In this document: positions 10,407-19,838 of the stretch, piece after piece
How the letters are laid out: every line of letters starts with the position of its first letter
How positions within the stretch are numbered: position 1 is the first letter of the stretch
Source: Alphaproteobacteria bacterium
Lineage (GTDB): Bacteria; Pseudomonadota; Alphaproteobacteria; RF32; CAG-239
Reading direction: 5' to 3'
NCBI GenBank assembly: GCA_017467515.1
Contig: JAFUSU010000028.1
Coordinates: 128,399 to 192,398 of the forward strand
DNA length: 64,000 nucleotides
The notes under the pieces: generated by a model
The model's database searches: none
What the model saw: the letters and a program-made list of their open reading frames with translations, nothing else
What the model was told of the DNA's origin: nothing
Program-made: the position numbers and the translations under genes

Positions 10407-10916
10407 TTATTCAGACTGCGGACCGCAACGGGTTGCAAACTCCAAATCGTGAATAAAATCCTCAATTTCCTGCTCATGTTCCACTTCTTCCTTTAATAAT
10501 TTTTCAGCTAAGCGAAAAGTAACATAATCGGTTGTATGGCAGATTTCACATAGTTGCTGATAATGGCTGACAGCGCATCGTTCGGCTGTCAGGTTTTGCT
10601 CCAAAATTTTATAGATACAGGGATCGCTGGGGGCTTCATAACGACACTTTGCTATATGGCTCCATTCATCGGGAGATAAAACAGGTGTTCCGCCTAGTTC
10701 AATAATGCGATTCGCCAACCAACCGGCGTGTTTGAGTTCTTCATTCGCGTGCTCCAAAAATTCAGCCGTGATATCCGGTCGCATCGGTCCGGCAGCCACT
10801 TGAGCGCCTATCCAATACTGGTAATAGGCTAACCATTCTTCGGCATAGGCCTGATTTAATAAATCTATAATTTTATTGAGATGATCTTTAACAATATATT
10901 GTGCTGTTTGCGCCAT
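10407..10916 (-). CDS. Ferritin-like diiron protein (bacterioferritin-related)
   Basis: Matches bacterioferritin pattern LNK(L/I)(L/I)..E..A..QY ... E.LEHANEELKHAGWLANRIIELGGTP (compare E. coli Bfr [26 protein letters not shown]). Confidence 0.6.
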   Translation of the reverse strand: MAQTAQYIVKDHLNKIIDLLNQAYAEEWLAYYQYWIGAQVAAGPMRPDITAEFLEHANEELKHAGWLANRIIELGGTPVLSPDEWSHIAKCRYEAPSDPCIYKILEQNLTAERCAVSHYQQLCEICHTTDYVTFRLAEKLLKEEVEHEQEIEDFIHDLEFATRCGPQSE

Positions 10917-11019
10917 AATTACTCCTCCTTATTGGTTAAAATCAGAAAAGAAGTAATCATTTTTAAGGGAATATCAATAATTGGTGTGTTATATTTCTGC
11001 TAAAACAAGGGAGAAAAAA

Positions 11020-11655
11020 ATGGTCCAAATAGCACCCAGCATCTTATCGGCAGATTTTTCAAAATTGAGGGAAGAAATTATTGCACTGGAACACGCCGGC
11101 GCAGATTTGATTCACATTGATGTTATGGACGGACATTTTGTGCCGAACCTGACATTCGGTCCGCAGATTGTTAAATCAGTTCGAGAATGTACGAAATTAC
11201 CGTTAGATGTTCATTTAATGGTTGATAATCCGGATGATATGTTAGAATGGTTTGCCTATGCCGGCGCTGATATTATTACCGTTCATACGGAAACATGCGC
11301 GCACTTGGATAAAACAATTGAGCAAATTCATTCTTTGGGGGCAAAAGCGGGCGTATCTCTTAATCCGGCAACATCTGAAAAAGTGTTGGAATATGTTTTA
11401 AACAAACTTGATTTAGTGCTGGTTATGAGTGTTAATCCGGGTTTTGGCGGTCAGGCATTTCAATCAGAGCAGCTCAAAAAAATTAATATGTTGAAGGAAA
11501 TGCGAAAAGCTTTGCCTTATTTGATTGAAGTAGACGGCGGAATTAATCCGATGACAGCTTCTGAATGTACGGCAGCCGGAGCTGATATTTTGGTTGCCGG
11601 AACATCAGTATTTTCGGGCGGTGACTATAAAAATAATATTCAGGCATTAAGATAA
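11020..11655 (+). CDS. rpe: Ribulose-phosphate 3-epimerase
   Basis: MVQIAPSILSADF...HIDVMDGHFVPN...GGINP motifs typical of Rpe; the ATG at 11020 is preceded by an aagggag SD (the ORF-track start at 10981 is probably too early). Confidence 0.9.
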   Translation: MVQIAPSILSADFSKLREEIIALEHAGADLIHIDVMDGHFVPNLTFGPQIVKSVRECTKLPLDVHLMVDNPDDMLEWFAYAGADIITVHTETCAHLDKTIEQIHSLGAKAGVSLNPATSEKVLEYVLNKLDLVLVMSVNPGFGGQAFQSEQLKKINMLKEMRKALPYLIEVDGGINPMTASECTAAGADILVAGTSVFSGGDYKNNIQALR

Positions 11656-11668
11656 AAAGGAGAAGACA

Positions 11669-12367
11669 ATGGCTTTAATTATGGTGATTGAAGATGAAGA
11701 AGCGCTAGGTCTGATGCTGAAGTATAATCTTGAAAAAGAAGGTTATGAAGTTATTGTTGAAACAAGAGGGGCAAAAGCATTGGGTGCCGTTGAAAAATAT
11801 GCTCCTTCGGTTATTTTGCTGGATTGGATGTTGCCTGAAATTTCCGGAGTTGAAATTTGCAAACTTATTCGTGCAAATCCTGAAATTAAAAATATTCCGA
11901 TCATTATGTTGACGGCTAAAGGAGAAGAAGAGGATAAAATCAAAGGGTTGTCTGCAGGGGCGGATGACTATGTTACTAAGCCTTTTTCAATTCCCGAATT
12001 AATGGCACGCGTTAAAACAAATTTACGTCGGGCTCCCGAAATTATAAAAACGAAAGAATTGGTTTTTGAAGATATTCGTATGGATTTGGTTACCAAAAAA
12101 GTCTATCGCGGAGAAAATTATATCCATTTAGGACCGACAGAATTTCGTCTGCTTAAAATGTTGATGGAAGAGCCGAAAAAAGTTTTTTCTCGAGATTATT
12201 TGCTCAAGAATGTTTGGGGAATTAATATTTATGTTGAAACCAGAACGGTTGATGTCCATATTCGTCGGCTGCGCAAATCTTTAAATGAATACGGACCGGA
12301 TTATATTCGTACGGTTCGGGCAACCGGTTATTCAATAGATAATCAGCCTCAGAATAATGAAGAATAA
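11669..12367 (+). CDS. phoB: OmpR/PhoB-family response regulator, closest by motif to PhoB
   Basis: Receiver + winged-helix domains; near-identical blocks to E. coli PhoB: LLDWMLP, MLTAKGEEEDK, GADDY(V/I)TKPFS, GPTEF(R/K)LL, VWG.N.YVE.RTVDVHIRRLRK.L. Confidence 0.8.
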   Translation: MALIMVIEDEEALGLMLKYNLEKEGYEVIVETRGAKALGAVEKYAPSVILLDWMLPEISGVEICKLIRANPEIKNIPIIMLTAKGEEEDKIKGLSAGADDYVTKPFSIPELMARVKTNLRRAPEIIKTKELVFEDIRMDLVTKKVYRGENYIHLGPTEFRLLKMLMEEPKKVFSRDYLLKNVWGINIYVETRTVDVHIRRLRKSLNEYGPDYIRTVRATGYSIDNQPQNNEE

Positions 12368-12400
12368 AAAAACCTCCCTGCCGATGACAGAGAGGTGAAA
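12368..12400. terminator. Bidirectional terminator between phoB and the convergent M16 peptidase gene
   Basis: acctccctg..(loop)..cagagaggt with flanking A/T runs. Confidence 0.55.
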
Positions 12401-12401
12401 A

Positions 12402-13640
12402 TTACATTTTTAATCTGTTTAGCAGATAAGCATAATTAGGAAAGCTTTTAGGGTTACCGATAACACCGAAAGAGGGCTTTTGAGCGAAGATTCTCTGCGC
12501 GGAAGCATTTACTTCGGCAACAGTTACCTGATTGAACAGCTTAAGCTTATCTTCAATCGGAATAAACCGGCCCAATAAAAAATCTTCACAGTACTCAACA
12601 ATCAGGTCCGATGGGTTTTCGTGCAGTTCCCAGAGTTCGGTTTTGAGATTGTTGTAAGCACATTTTAGTTCATCCTCGGTAATTCCGTTTTCCCTGATTC
12701 TGACAATTTCTTGACAAACAACGTCAACTACGGCAAGCAGATTTTTATGCAAACAAGAGGTGGTAATATAAAAGATATCTCCGCATGCGTAAGAATCAAT
12801 ATTGGCAGAAACAGCATAAACCAGTGATAACTCACTTCTTAATTTTGAGCAAAGGCGCGAGCTGTATGTGTTGCCGATAACCATAGCTAAAATTTCGTCA
12901 GCGGCAGAAAACCTCTTTTCCTCAGGAAAGATAAGTGTCAGCTGAACATCTGAGCCACCACGGGAGATGCGGTACGGATTAGCTGAAAACGAATGAACCG
13001 CAGAAGTCGATTTATAACCGCTTCTCATTGGCTCAAAGTATTTTTCGGCCATATCAAGCATTGATCCGTTACCATAAAGGCAGAGAACGCTGTTTCCCGC
13101 AGTGTAATAAGTTTCCCAAAATTTTCGGGCATCAACAGCCGTCAGATGAGAAACTGACTCTTTTGTTCCGAAAACAAGGGCTTGTTGCTTATCTATTCCA
13201 AAGCAGGAATGTAGTTCAGAAGCAAGTTGTTCATCCTCATCGTCATCCGAAACAGCCATTTCCGTTAAAATAACTTTGATTTCTTCTTTAATGGCAACGT
13301 CAAGAAACTGAGGGCGAATCAGCATATCAGTCATCATTTGCAGCATCGGTTCACAATGCTCTTTGAGAACACGAAAACCGAATGATGTAAAATCAAGATC
13401 GGTATATCCTTCCAAAGAACTTCCAAACCAAGACGGAATGCCTAGTAAATCCTTTTTTGAATAGTTCTGGCTGCCGGTAAATAAAAAATGTTCAACAGCA
13501 TGAGCTAACCCCGCAGTTGATTTTTTTTCATCTTTTGCACCGGCGTTAACCATAAAATAGGCATAAGCCAGAGGATTGTGCTCATCTTTTATAAAAATGA
13601 CGGGCAAACCATTTTTGAAATTTAATAATTTTGTTTCCAT
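12402..13640 (-). CDS. M16-family (insulinase/pitrilysin-like) zinc peptidase
   Basis: Inverted zinc motif HxxEH (GLAHAVEHFLF) near the N-terminus; 412 aa with two-lobed architecture typical of M16. Confidence 0.7.
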   Translation of the reverse strand: METKLLNFKNGLPVIFIKDEHNPLAYAYFMVNAGAKDEKKSTAGLAHAVEHFLFTGSQNYSKKDLLGIPSWFGSSLEGYTDLDFTSFGFRVLKEHCEPMLQMMTDMLIRPQFLDVAIKEEIKVILTEMAVSDDDEDEQLASELHSCFGIDKQQALVFGTKESVSHLTAVDARKFWETYYTAGNSVLCLYGNGSMLDMAEKYFEPMRSGYKSTSAVHSFSANPYRISRGGSDVQLTLIFPEEKRFSAADEILAMVIGNTYSSRLCSKLRSELSLVYAVSANIDSYACGDIFYITTSCLHKNLLAVVDVVCQEIVRIRENGITEDELKCAYNNLKTELWELHENPSDLIVEYCEDFLLGRFIPIEDKLKLFNQVTVAEVNASAQRIFAQKPSFGVIGNPKSFPNYAYLLNRLKM

Positions 13641-13772
13641 AATAATAATTTTAATAGTTTTGTTAATTAGAAATCATCTAAAAATATTTTGTCTATAAAG
13701 TCAAGATAAAAAGCTTGCCAATTAGTTCAAATTAGGGCAATATCAGCTCAAAATGAGATTGAAGGAAAAACG

Positions 13773-14897
13773 ATGGGATTAAAATACGAAATACTTAAAA
13801 CATCAGGAAAAAGCCGATTAGGAAAACTTTATACAAAACACGGTGTGGTTGATACGCCGGCCTTTATGCCTGTTGGCACTTGTGGAACGGTAAAAGCGAT
13901 GATGCCTGAATCCGTGGCTGCGACAGGAGCTCAAATTTTGCTGGGAAATACGTATCATTTGATGTTGCGTCCGGGGTCGGAATTAGTTGCTAAAATGGGT
14001 GGGTTGCATAAATTTATGAATTGGGATAAACCGATTTTGACCGATTCGGGCGGCTTTCAGGTTATGAGTTTAACGGGATTACGAAAATTAACGGAAGACG
14101 GTGTAACTTTCAGTTCTCATATTGATGGTAAAAAATATTTTTTAAGCCCTGAAGAATCAATGCGTATCCAATATAATCTCGATTCAAATATTACAATGGC
14201 ATTGGATGAATGTACTCCGTTTCCTTCAACCCATGAAGAAGCCAAAATTTCTATGGAACGCTCTATGCGGTGGGCTAAACGAAGCAAGGAAGCCTTTATA
14301 GACAGAGAAGGTTATGGTATTTTTGGTATTCAACAGGGCTGTATTTATAAAGATTTACGAGAATATTCCGCAAACGAACTCAAAAAAATAGGTTTTGACG
14401 GATATGCCATCGGTGGGCTTGCTGTTGGGGAAGGACAGGAAAAGATGTTTGAGGTTCTTGACTACGCTCCGCAAATGTTGCCCGAAAACAAACCGCGGTA
14501 TTTAATGGGCGTTGGTCGTCCGGACGATATTGTAGGCGCTGTTTTAAGAGGGGTTGATATGTTTGATTGCGTGATGCCGACACGCTCAGGGCGAACATCT
14601 CAAGCATTTACACGTTTTGGGACGGTTAATATTCGAAATGCCCGTCATAAAGAAGATCCTCGTCCGCTCGAAGAAGGATGTACCTGTCCGCTGTGCACAC
14701 ATTACAGTCGGGCTTACATTCATCACTTGCAAAAGTGTAACGAAATACTTGCAGTTATGTTGCTGACTTGGCATAATATCGCATATTATCAACGCTTGAT
14801 GCAAGGGTTAAGAAAGGCTTTAGCTGAGGATAATTTGCAACAATTTACTGAACAGTTTTATGCTGATCAAGCCCAAGGGGATATTGAGGAGTTGTAA
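13773..14897 (+). CDS. tgt: Queuine tRNA-ribosyltransferase
   Basis: Conserved Tgt blocks ([25 protein letters not shown], zinc site CxCxxC...H: [17 protein letters not shown]). Confidence 0.95.
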   Translation: MGLKYEILKTSGKSRLGKLYTKHGVVDTPAFMPVGTCGTVKAMMPESVAATGAQILLGNTYHLMLRPGSELVAKMGGLHKFMNWDKPILTDSGGFQVMSLTGLRKLTEDGVTFSSHIDGKKYFLSPEESMRIQYNLDSNITMALDECTPFPSTHEEAKISMERSMRWAKRSKEAFIDREGYGIFGIQQGCIYKDLREYSANELKKIGFDGYAIGGLAVGEGQEKMFEVLDYAPQMLPENKPRYLMGVGRPDDIVGAVLRGVDMFDCVMPTRSGRTSQAFTRFGTVNIRNARHKEDPRPLEEGCTCPLCTHYSRAYIHHLQKCNEILAVMLLTWHNIAYYQRLMQGLRKALAEDNLQQFTEQFYADQAQGDIEEL

Positions 14898-15850
14898 TGA
14901 ACGAACAAGAAAAAAAGACAAAAGTCGCCGATGAATTTGCCGAGAATAATAAGCAAGACGGTTTGAGAGTGTTTGTTGCCGGCGGTGCAAGATCAGGAAA
15001 CGATGATATTTACGTTGACGAGGCATATCAGTTAGGTCAACAAATTGCGGCGATGGATTTTAAACTGGATTTCGGATTGTCCAGTGCAGGCATTATGGGG
15101 GCTGTTGCCAGAGGTGTGCTCGATTGTTGGAAACAAAGAAAAAATGAAGAGCACCATACTATTAAAGGAATAACCACCAAAGAATATTATAGCTTATACA
15201 AAACAGATGAGATTTTAAGTCAAGTAGAAGATGTTATCGTGGCGCAAACCTTAGAAGAACGTAAGCAAAAGCTTTTGAATGCGGATTTTATAGTTTTTGC
15301 ACCGGGAGGTGTCGGAACTTTGGATGAGTTAGCTTACGATTGTGTGGCAATGCAAGATGGTTTTTTGAAAATAAAACCGTTTATTTTGTATAACATTAAT
15401 GGTTACTTCCACCATTTAGTCGAATATATCAAAGCGATGAATGCTGAAGGCTTTTCCGATCCGATGCCGTTTATTGTTGTTGATAACAGTGATGAGTTAG
15501 CCATTGTGTTCCGTTTACTGAAACGCAGATATAAAAAAGGGAAAACAACAAAAGAAGTTTATGCCTCAACCAGACAGCTTATTTACGAATTACCGTATTT
15601 CGTTAAAAATACAGGGGAAAATTGCAGTGTGGAAGAACTGTGTCAAAAAATTACCGATAACAGTTATCACGGCACATCGGAAGAACGGCAGGAAATGGCG
15701 AATGATATTGAACGAGCCTATTTGGAAAAAGAAATTGAAAGAATGTATGATCGCTTGGCTAAAACAGGGCGGGATACGGCTATTGTCAGTGATAAGCTGA
15801 GTGATTTAAAAAAACGCAAAAAACAAAATTATGATTTTTGCCCGTTGTAA
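14897..15850 (+). CDS. LOG-family (TIGR00730 / lonely-guy, cytokinin riboside 5'-monophosphate phosphoribohydrolase-like) protein with ~120-aa C-terminal extension
   Basis: Rossmann LOG motifs VFVAGGARSG, GLSSAGIMGAVARG, PGGVGTLDEL; start overlaps the tgt stop (TAATG). Confidence 0.7.
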   Translation: MNEQEKKTKVADEFAENNKQDGLRVFVAGGARSGNDDIYVDEAYQLGQQIAAMDFKLDFGLSSAGIMGAVARGVLDCWKQRKNEEHHTIKGITTKEYYSLYKTDEILSQVEDVIVAQTLEERKQKLLNADFIVFAPGGVGTLDELAYDCVAMQDGFLKIKPFILYNINGYFHHLVEYIKAMNAEGFSDPMPFIVVDNSDELAIVFRLLKRRYKKGKTTKEVYASTRQLIYELPYFVKNTGENCSVEELCQKITDNSYHGTSEERQEMANDIERAYLEKEIERMYDRLAKTGRDTAIVSDKLSDLKKRKKQNYDFCPL

Positions 15851-15878
15851 GTTTTATAAAATTTATTTCAAAATATAT

Positions 15879-15907
15879 TTGACAAAATTTTTGGCAAGTA
15901 GTATAGT
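15879..15907 (+). promoter_or_regulatory. Near-consensus sigma70-type promoter
   Basis: TTGACA - 17 nt - TATAGT about 30 nt upstream of the ORF at 15939. Confidence 0.5.
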
Positions 15908-15938
15908 ATATCCAACGTCAAATTTTTAAAGAATTATT

Positions 15939-16424
15939 ATGGAAAAAATTAAAGTTAATGATATGGGCTTGCAAGGCAGGTTCATTATCGACCGTGACAG
16001 AATTTGGGATTTTTTTCCAAATCAGATCATAGCTGAATCGAAAGATCTCAGCTTAAAAATAAATAAAGGTCAGCCGGTCTGGGTTATGACACTGCGTAGT
16101 GGCGAGAAGTGGTACTATGTTCCATACAGCCACGAAATCTGTAAAGCGGAAAACATCCGTTTCGGTCGTATCTTTTTCGGGCGCTTTGCTCGTTACCAGC
16201 GAGATGAGTATGAACACAAATCTTGCCTGAAAAAGGTCTATCCGACTTACTTCTGTACCTCAAAGACTATGTTCCTTGTTAAAGAAACGAAGGAATACTG
16301 GCCTCAGAATTTGCCCAAGGATATGAAGGATCTTGAAGGAGGCTTTTGCCAAAAGACCAAATGGTTTGATGCCTTCCCGTCTTCTCCGGAAGCCGAGGAA
16401 TTTAACAAAAATAAACCCTACTGA
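15939..16424 (+). CDS. Hypothetical protein (ORFan)
   Basis: 161-aa ORF with strong promoter and terminator; shares an MEKIK start with the ORF at 7864; no recognised domain. Confidence 0.45.
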   Translation: MEKIKVNDMGLQGRFIIDRDRIWDFFPNQIIAESKDLSLKINKGQPVWVMTLRSGEKWYYVPYSHEICKAENIRFGRIFFGRFARYQRDEYEHKSCLKKVYPTYFCTSKTMFLVKETKEYWPQNLPKDMKDLEGGFCQKTKWFDAFPSSPEAEEFNKNKPY

Positions 16425-16429
16425 AATAA

Positions 16430-16464
16430 AAAAACTCAAAAGCTGATTGCTTTTGAGTTTTTTT
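16430..16464 (+). terminator. Rho-independent terminator
   Basis: aaaactcaaaagc..gcttttgagtttt + T-run. Confidence 0.8.
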
Positions 16465-16498
16465 ATGCTTAAAATAAGTCCGAGTTAAGGAGAAATAA

Positions 16499-17707
16499 AT
16501 GCAAAAGGGCGCTCAATATCAAGCGGTTTTAGAGCTGATAACCGAAATTTTTAAGGATAAAATGCCGGCGGATGGCACTATTAATGCCTATCTGCGAGAG
16601 CGCAAGTATATCGGTTCGAAAGATCGCCGTTTCATTACTGATACGGTGTGGAATATTATCCGCCACCGTCGTCGCCTGACCTTTGATGCCCAAAGTGATA
16701 ATCCGCGGAACCTGTTGCTTTATTATCTGAAAAATGAAGATTTTGATGTTTTGTGTGCTGACAGTCCTTATGCGCTTGCCCCTTTGAGTAAGGAAGAAAA
16801 AATATGGTTAAAGCAGGAAAATGAGCAACCGTATCCTACTGAGGTAGAAGCAGAAACACCGGACTGGTTGTTTGCAAAAATAAAAGATATGAATTTGCTT
16901 AAAGCGCTTAATGAACCGGCCGGAGCCGATTTACGCATAAATATCCCCTCTCGGGAAATTGTTTTAAAAAAATTGCAAACAGAAGGATTATTCTTTCGTC
17001 CGACAAAATATTCTCCGATTGGTATTCGAGCCGAGGAAAGAGTCAATCTTCATAATTGTATGACATATCAGGAAGGCGAGGTTGAAGTCCAAGATGAAGC
17101 ATCGCAAATTGCTTCGTTTTTGGCAGATGTTAAACCGGAACACAAGACCATAGATTATTGTTGCGGGGCAGGCGGTAAAACACTGACAATTGCTTATTTA
17201 AATCAAAATAAAGGGCGAATTGATGTACACGATATTAATTGGAGCCGTCTTGAAGCAATTAAAGATCGAGCGGTGCGTTTGAAAATCAGTAACATAAATA
17301 TTGTGAAAGAACTCAAAGATAAAAACTATGATCGATTTATTGTTGATGCTCCCTGCTCGGGAAGCGGAACGTGGCGTCGCTCTCCTGATGCTAAATTCAG
17401 ATTATCGCCCCGGCAGTTGACCGAATTAAATCAAACACAATCAGAAATCTTAGAAACAGCTGCCAATCACACAAAGCAAGGTGGCAGAGTAGTTTATTTT
17501 ACCTGTTCGATTTTACCGGATGAAAATGAAAAAGTAATTGAGCAATTTTTGCAAAAACACAGAAACTTTAGTCCGATTAATCTCAAAAAACTCTGGCAAC
17601 AAAAGCTAAACGGTAACTATCCCGTCAGTGATGAATTTATGTTGCATTTAAATCCGTTGATAAGCGGAACGGATGGATTTTTCGTTTGTGTTTTAGAAAA
17701 GAATTAA
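16499..17707 (+). CDS. rsmB: 16S rRNA (cytosine-C5) methyltransferase RsmB/Sun family
   Basis: N-terminal NusB-like region, SAM-MTase motif DYCCGAGGKT, catalytic DAPCSGSGTWRR and C..TCS(I/L).P.ENE. Confidence 0.85.
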   Translation: MQKGAQYQAVLELITEIFKDKMPADGTINAYLRERKYIGSKDRRFITDTVWNIIRHRRRLTFDAQSDNPRNLLLYYLKNEDFDVLCADSPYALAPLSKEEKIWLKQENEQPYPTEVEAETPDWLFAKIKDMNLLKALNEPAGADLRINIPSREIVLKKLQTEGLFFRPTKYSPIGIRAEERVNLHNCMTYQEGEVEVQDEASQIASFLADVKPEHKTIDYCCGAGGKTLTIAYLNQNKGRIDVHDINWSRLEAIKDRAVRLKISNINIVKELKDKNYDRFIVDAPCSGSGTWRRSPDAKFRLSPRQLTELNQTQSEILETAANHTKQGGRVVYFTCSILPDENEKVIEQFLQKHRNFSPINLKKLWQQKLNGNYPVSDEFMLHLNPLISGTDGFFVCVLEKN

Positions 17708-18165
17708 TCGTTTTTATTTTTTAATTTGCCGTTAGCTCTGTAAATATATGAAATAATCTCGGCAACGGCGCCAAATGCTTCAAGCGGAATCTCACTGTCA
17801 ATATCCACGGCTTTCAAAATTTGCAATAAATCGGCATCTTTATGGATTTCAATTCCTTCATCTAAGGCAATTTGCACGATTTTTTTAGCAATATGCCCTT
17901 GTCCTTTAGCGACAACAACCGGAGCATTATCCTTTTCCATATCATAGCCGAGAGCAACGGCATAATCTGGGGATAACGCGTCATCATCGTTGTAATCAGA
18001 GCTAAAAGGTTTATCATTAATATCAGGCATAGAGGGCACTTTCATCGTGTTTGATATGCTGATTGTAGTGCTTTGACGGGAAAATGCAATATCTTTTGGC
18101 ATATTAATTGCATTTTTATCTGCAGAGGGAAGGTGTGCAGTTATGGATATGTTTGGTTTATCCAT
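17704..18165 (-). CDS. FlhB C-terminal-domain-like protein (stand-alone EscU/YscU/FlhB C-terminal homology)
   Basis: C-terminal half AVALGYDMEKDNAPVVVAKGQGHIAKKIVQIALDEGIEIHKDADLLQIL resembles the FlhB cytoplasmic C-terminal domain; its annotated start overlaps the flgB start, so the true start is probably an internal Met. Confidence 0.55.
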   Translation of the reverse strand: MDKPNISITAHLPSADKNAINMPKDIAFSRQSTTISISNTMKVPSMPDINDKPFSSDYNDDDALSPDYAVALGYDMEKDNAPVVVAKGQGHIAKKIVQIALDEGIEIHKDADLLQILKAVDIDSEIPLEAFGAVAEIISYIYRANGKLKNKND

Positions 18166-18553
18166 TGTCAGTTTAACAAAAAATAAGCTCGACTATTTGT
18201 CTGAAAAACAAAAAGTTGTTGCGACCAATATTGCTAACGCCAATACCCCCGGATATCTTGCCAAAGATGTTGAAGAACCCGATTTTTCCGCTCAAGTTCA
18301 AAGAAGTATCGCCGCCAGCCAAATGACGGTTACTAATCCGAAACACATTGTTTCTGCACCTTCCCAAAACAGCAGATTCAGAGTTGTTACACCTAAACCG
18401 GATACGGCCTTAACCATAGACGGTAACGGTGTTGTACTTGAAGAACAACTCAATGAGGCAAGTAAAACCAAAGCGGAGTACGAAAAAGCACTGACAATTT
18501 ATAATAAATATAAATCTATGCTACAAACCGCGAATACTAAAATTAACACATAG
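18143..18553 (+). CDS. flgB: Flagellar basal-body rod protein FlgB
   Basis: N-terminal rod-protein motif ATNIANANTPGY; size and position ahead of flgC-fliE. Confidence 0.85.
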   Translation: MDMFGLSIVSLTKNKLDYLSEKQKVVATNIANANTPGYLAKDVEEPDFSAQVQRSIAASQMTVTNPKHIVSAPSQNSRFRVVTPKPDTALTIDGNGVVLEEQLNEASKTKAEYEKALTIYNKYKSMLQTANTKINT

Positions 18554-18564
18554 GATGATGATAA

Positions 18565-18978
18565 ATGGGAAATAATTTATTAGTCAGTTCAGATATTGCC
18601 GTTTCGGGAATGAAAGCCCAAGCTGAGCGCCTGCGTATTATTTCCCAAAATATGGCAAATGCCGATTCAACGGCACAAACACCGGGAGGTGAGCCTTATC
18701 GCCGTCAGATCGTTACTTTTAAGGATTATGTAGACGCTGAAACCGGAGCACACAAAGTAAAAGTTGCCAGTGTGCAGACAGATGAATCGGAATTACCAAA
18801 AAAATATGATCCGAACCATCCGGCGGCAGATGCTCAGGGGTACATTACATTGCCGAATGTCAATCCCTTGGTGGAAATGATGGATATGAAAGAAGCGCAA
18901 CGCAGTTATGATGCCAATTTATCAATGATGAAAACTGCGCGCGATATGGAAGCAAAAGTTTTAGATGTTTTGAAATAG
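18565..18978 (+). CDS. flgC: Flagellar basal-body rod protein FlgC
   Basis: ISQNMANADST and C-terminal VNPLVEMMDMKEAQRSYDANLSMMKTARDM motifs. Confidence 0.9.
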   Translation: MGNNLLVSSDIAVSGMKAQAERLRIISQNMANADSTAQTPGGEPYRRQIVTFKDYVDAETGAHKVKVASVQTDESELPKKYDPNHPAADAQGYITLPNVNPLVEMMDMKEAQRSYDANLSMMKTARDMEAKVLDVLK

Positions 18979-18989
18979 GGGAATAAAGA

Positions 18990-19313
18990 ATGAATAATAT
19001 ATCAAGTGCTTTGAATGCTTATCAGCAAGCTTTGTCCCGTATCGGTAATGCCGCTAAAGCGACCACAATTACCACGGCGGAAAATACAGCGCCGCAAAAT
19101 AATTTTCAATCAATGGTGACAACGGCCATTCAAGGTGTTGAAAAGAGCACGCGCAGTGCTGAAGAAGCATCATTGGCAGGCTTGGCTGGTAAAGCAGATA
19201 TTCAAGATGTTGTTTTGGCTGTTTCCAATGCCGAAGTAGCTCTTGAAACGGTTGTTGCCGTGAGAGATACAGCGATTAAGGCGTATAAAGAAATTATGCA
19301 AATGACTATTTAA
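18990..19313 (+). CDS. fliE: Flagellar hook-basal body complex protein FliE
   Basis: 107 aa, conserved C-terminal block QDVVLAVSNAEVALETVVAVRDTAIKAYKEIMQM. Confidence 0.85.
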   Translation: MNNISSALNAYQQALSRIGNAAKATTITTAENTAPQNNFQSMVTTAIQGVEKSTRSAEEASLAGLAGKADIQDVVLAVSNAEVALETVVAVRDTAIKAYKEIMQMTI

Positions 19314-19315
19314 CA

Positions 19316-19756
19316 ATGAAAGTCACTATTCTAGCCATCGGTAAATGTAAAACAAATTCTCCGGAAGCGCAGATTATAAACGAATATATCAAGCGCTCGT
19401 CTTGGCGTATTGAAATTAAAGAAAAAGACAATGCAACGCAACAGGAAGAAGCCTCATTTTTGCAGAGCCATATTCCAAGCGGAGCAAAAGTTGTGGTGCT
19501 CGATGAACGTGGTGAAAATATGAAAAGCATCGAGCTCGCACACAAGGTTGAAAATTGGCAGTCGGCAGGATGCTCTGAAATTTGCTTTCTTATCGGTGGT
19601 GCTGATGGCCATTTGCAGAGCACACGAGATAAAGCAGACTTGATCTTATCTTTTGGTAAATTGACATTGCCGCATATTTTAATGCGTGCTGTTTTAACAG
19701 AACAGATTTATCGGATGCAAAAAATTATAGAAGGTCATCCATATCATCGCGAATAA
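19316..19756 (+). CDS. rlmH: 23S rRNA (pseudouridine1915-N3)-methyltransferase RlmH
   Basis: SPOUT-class small MTase; (V)VLDERG, FLIGGADG and LTLPH motifs. Confidence 0.85.
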   Translation: MKVTILAIGKCKTNSPEAQIINEYIKRSSWRIEIKEKDNATQQEEASFLQSHIPSGAKVVVLDERGENMKSIELAHKVENWQSAGCSEICFLIGGADGHLQSTRDKADLILSFGKLTLPHILMRAVLTEQIYRMQKIIEGHPYHRE

Positions 19757-19789
19757 TGTACAAAAAAATCCAAAATATACAAAAATAAC

Positions 19790-19818
19790 TTGGATGTTGA
19801 ATTGTTTTATGCTATAAT
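19790..19818 (+). promoter_or_regulatory. sigma70-type promoter
   Basis: TTGGAT - 17 nt - TATAAT located 21 nt upstream of the ORF at 19839. Confidence 0.45.
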
Positions 19819-19838
19819 TTTCTCCGATAGAGGAAATT

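Noticed and set aside
10981-11019. Upstream extension of rpe (MVCYISAKTREKK) from the ORF track
   Set aside because: The internal ATG at 11020 is preceded by an aagggag SD and gives the canonical Rpe N-terminus.
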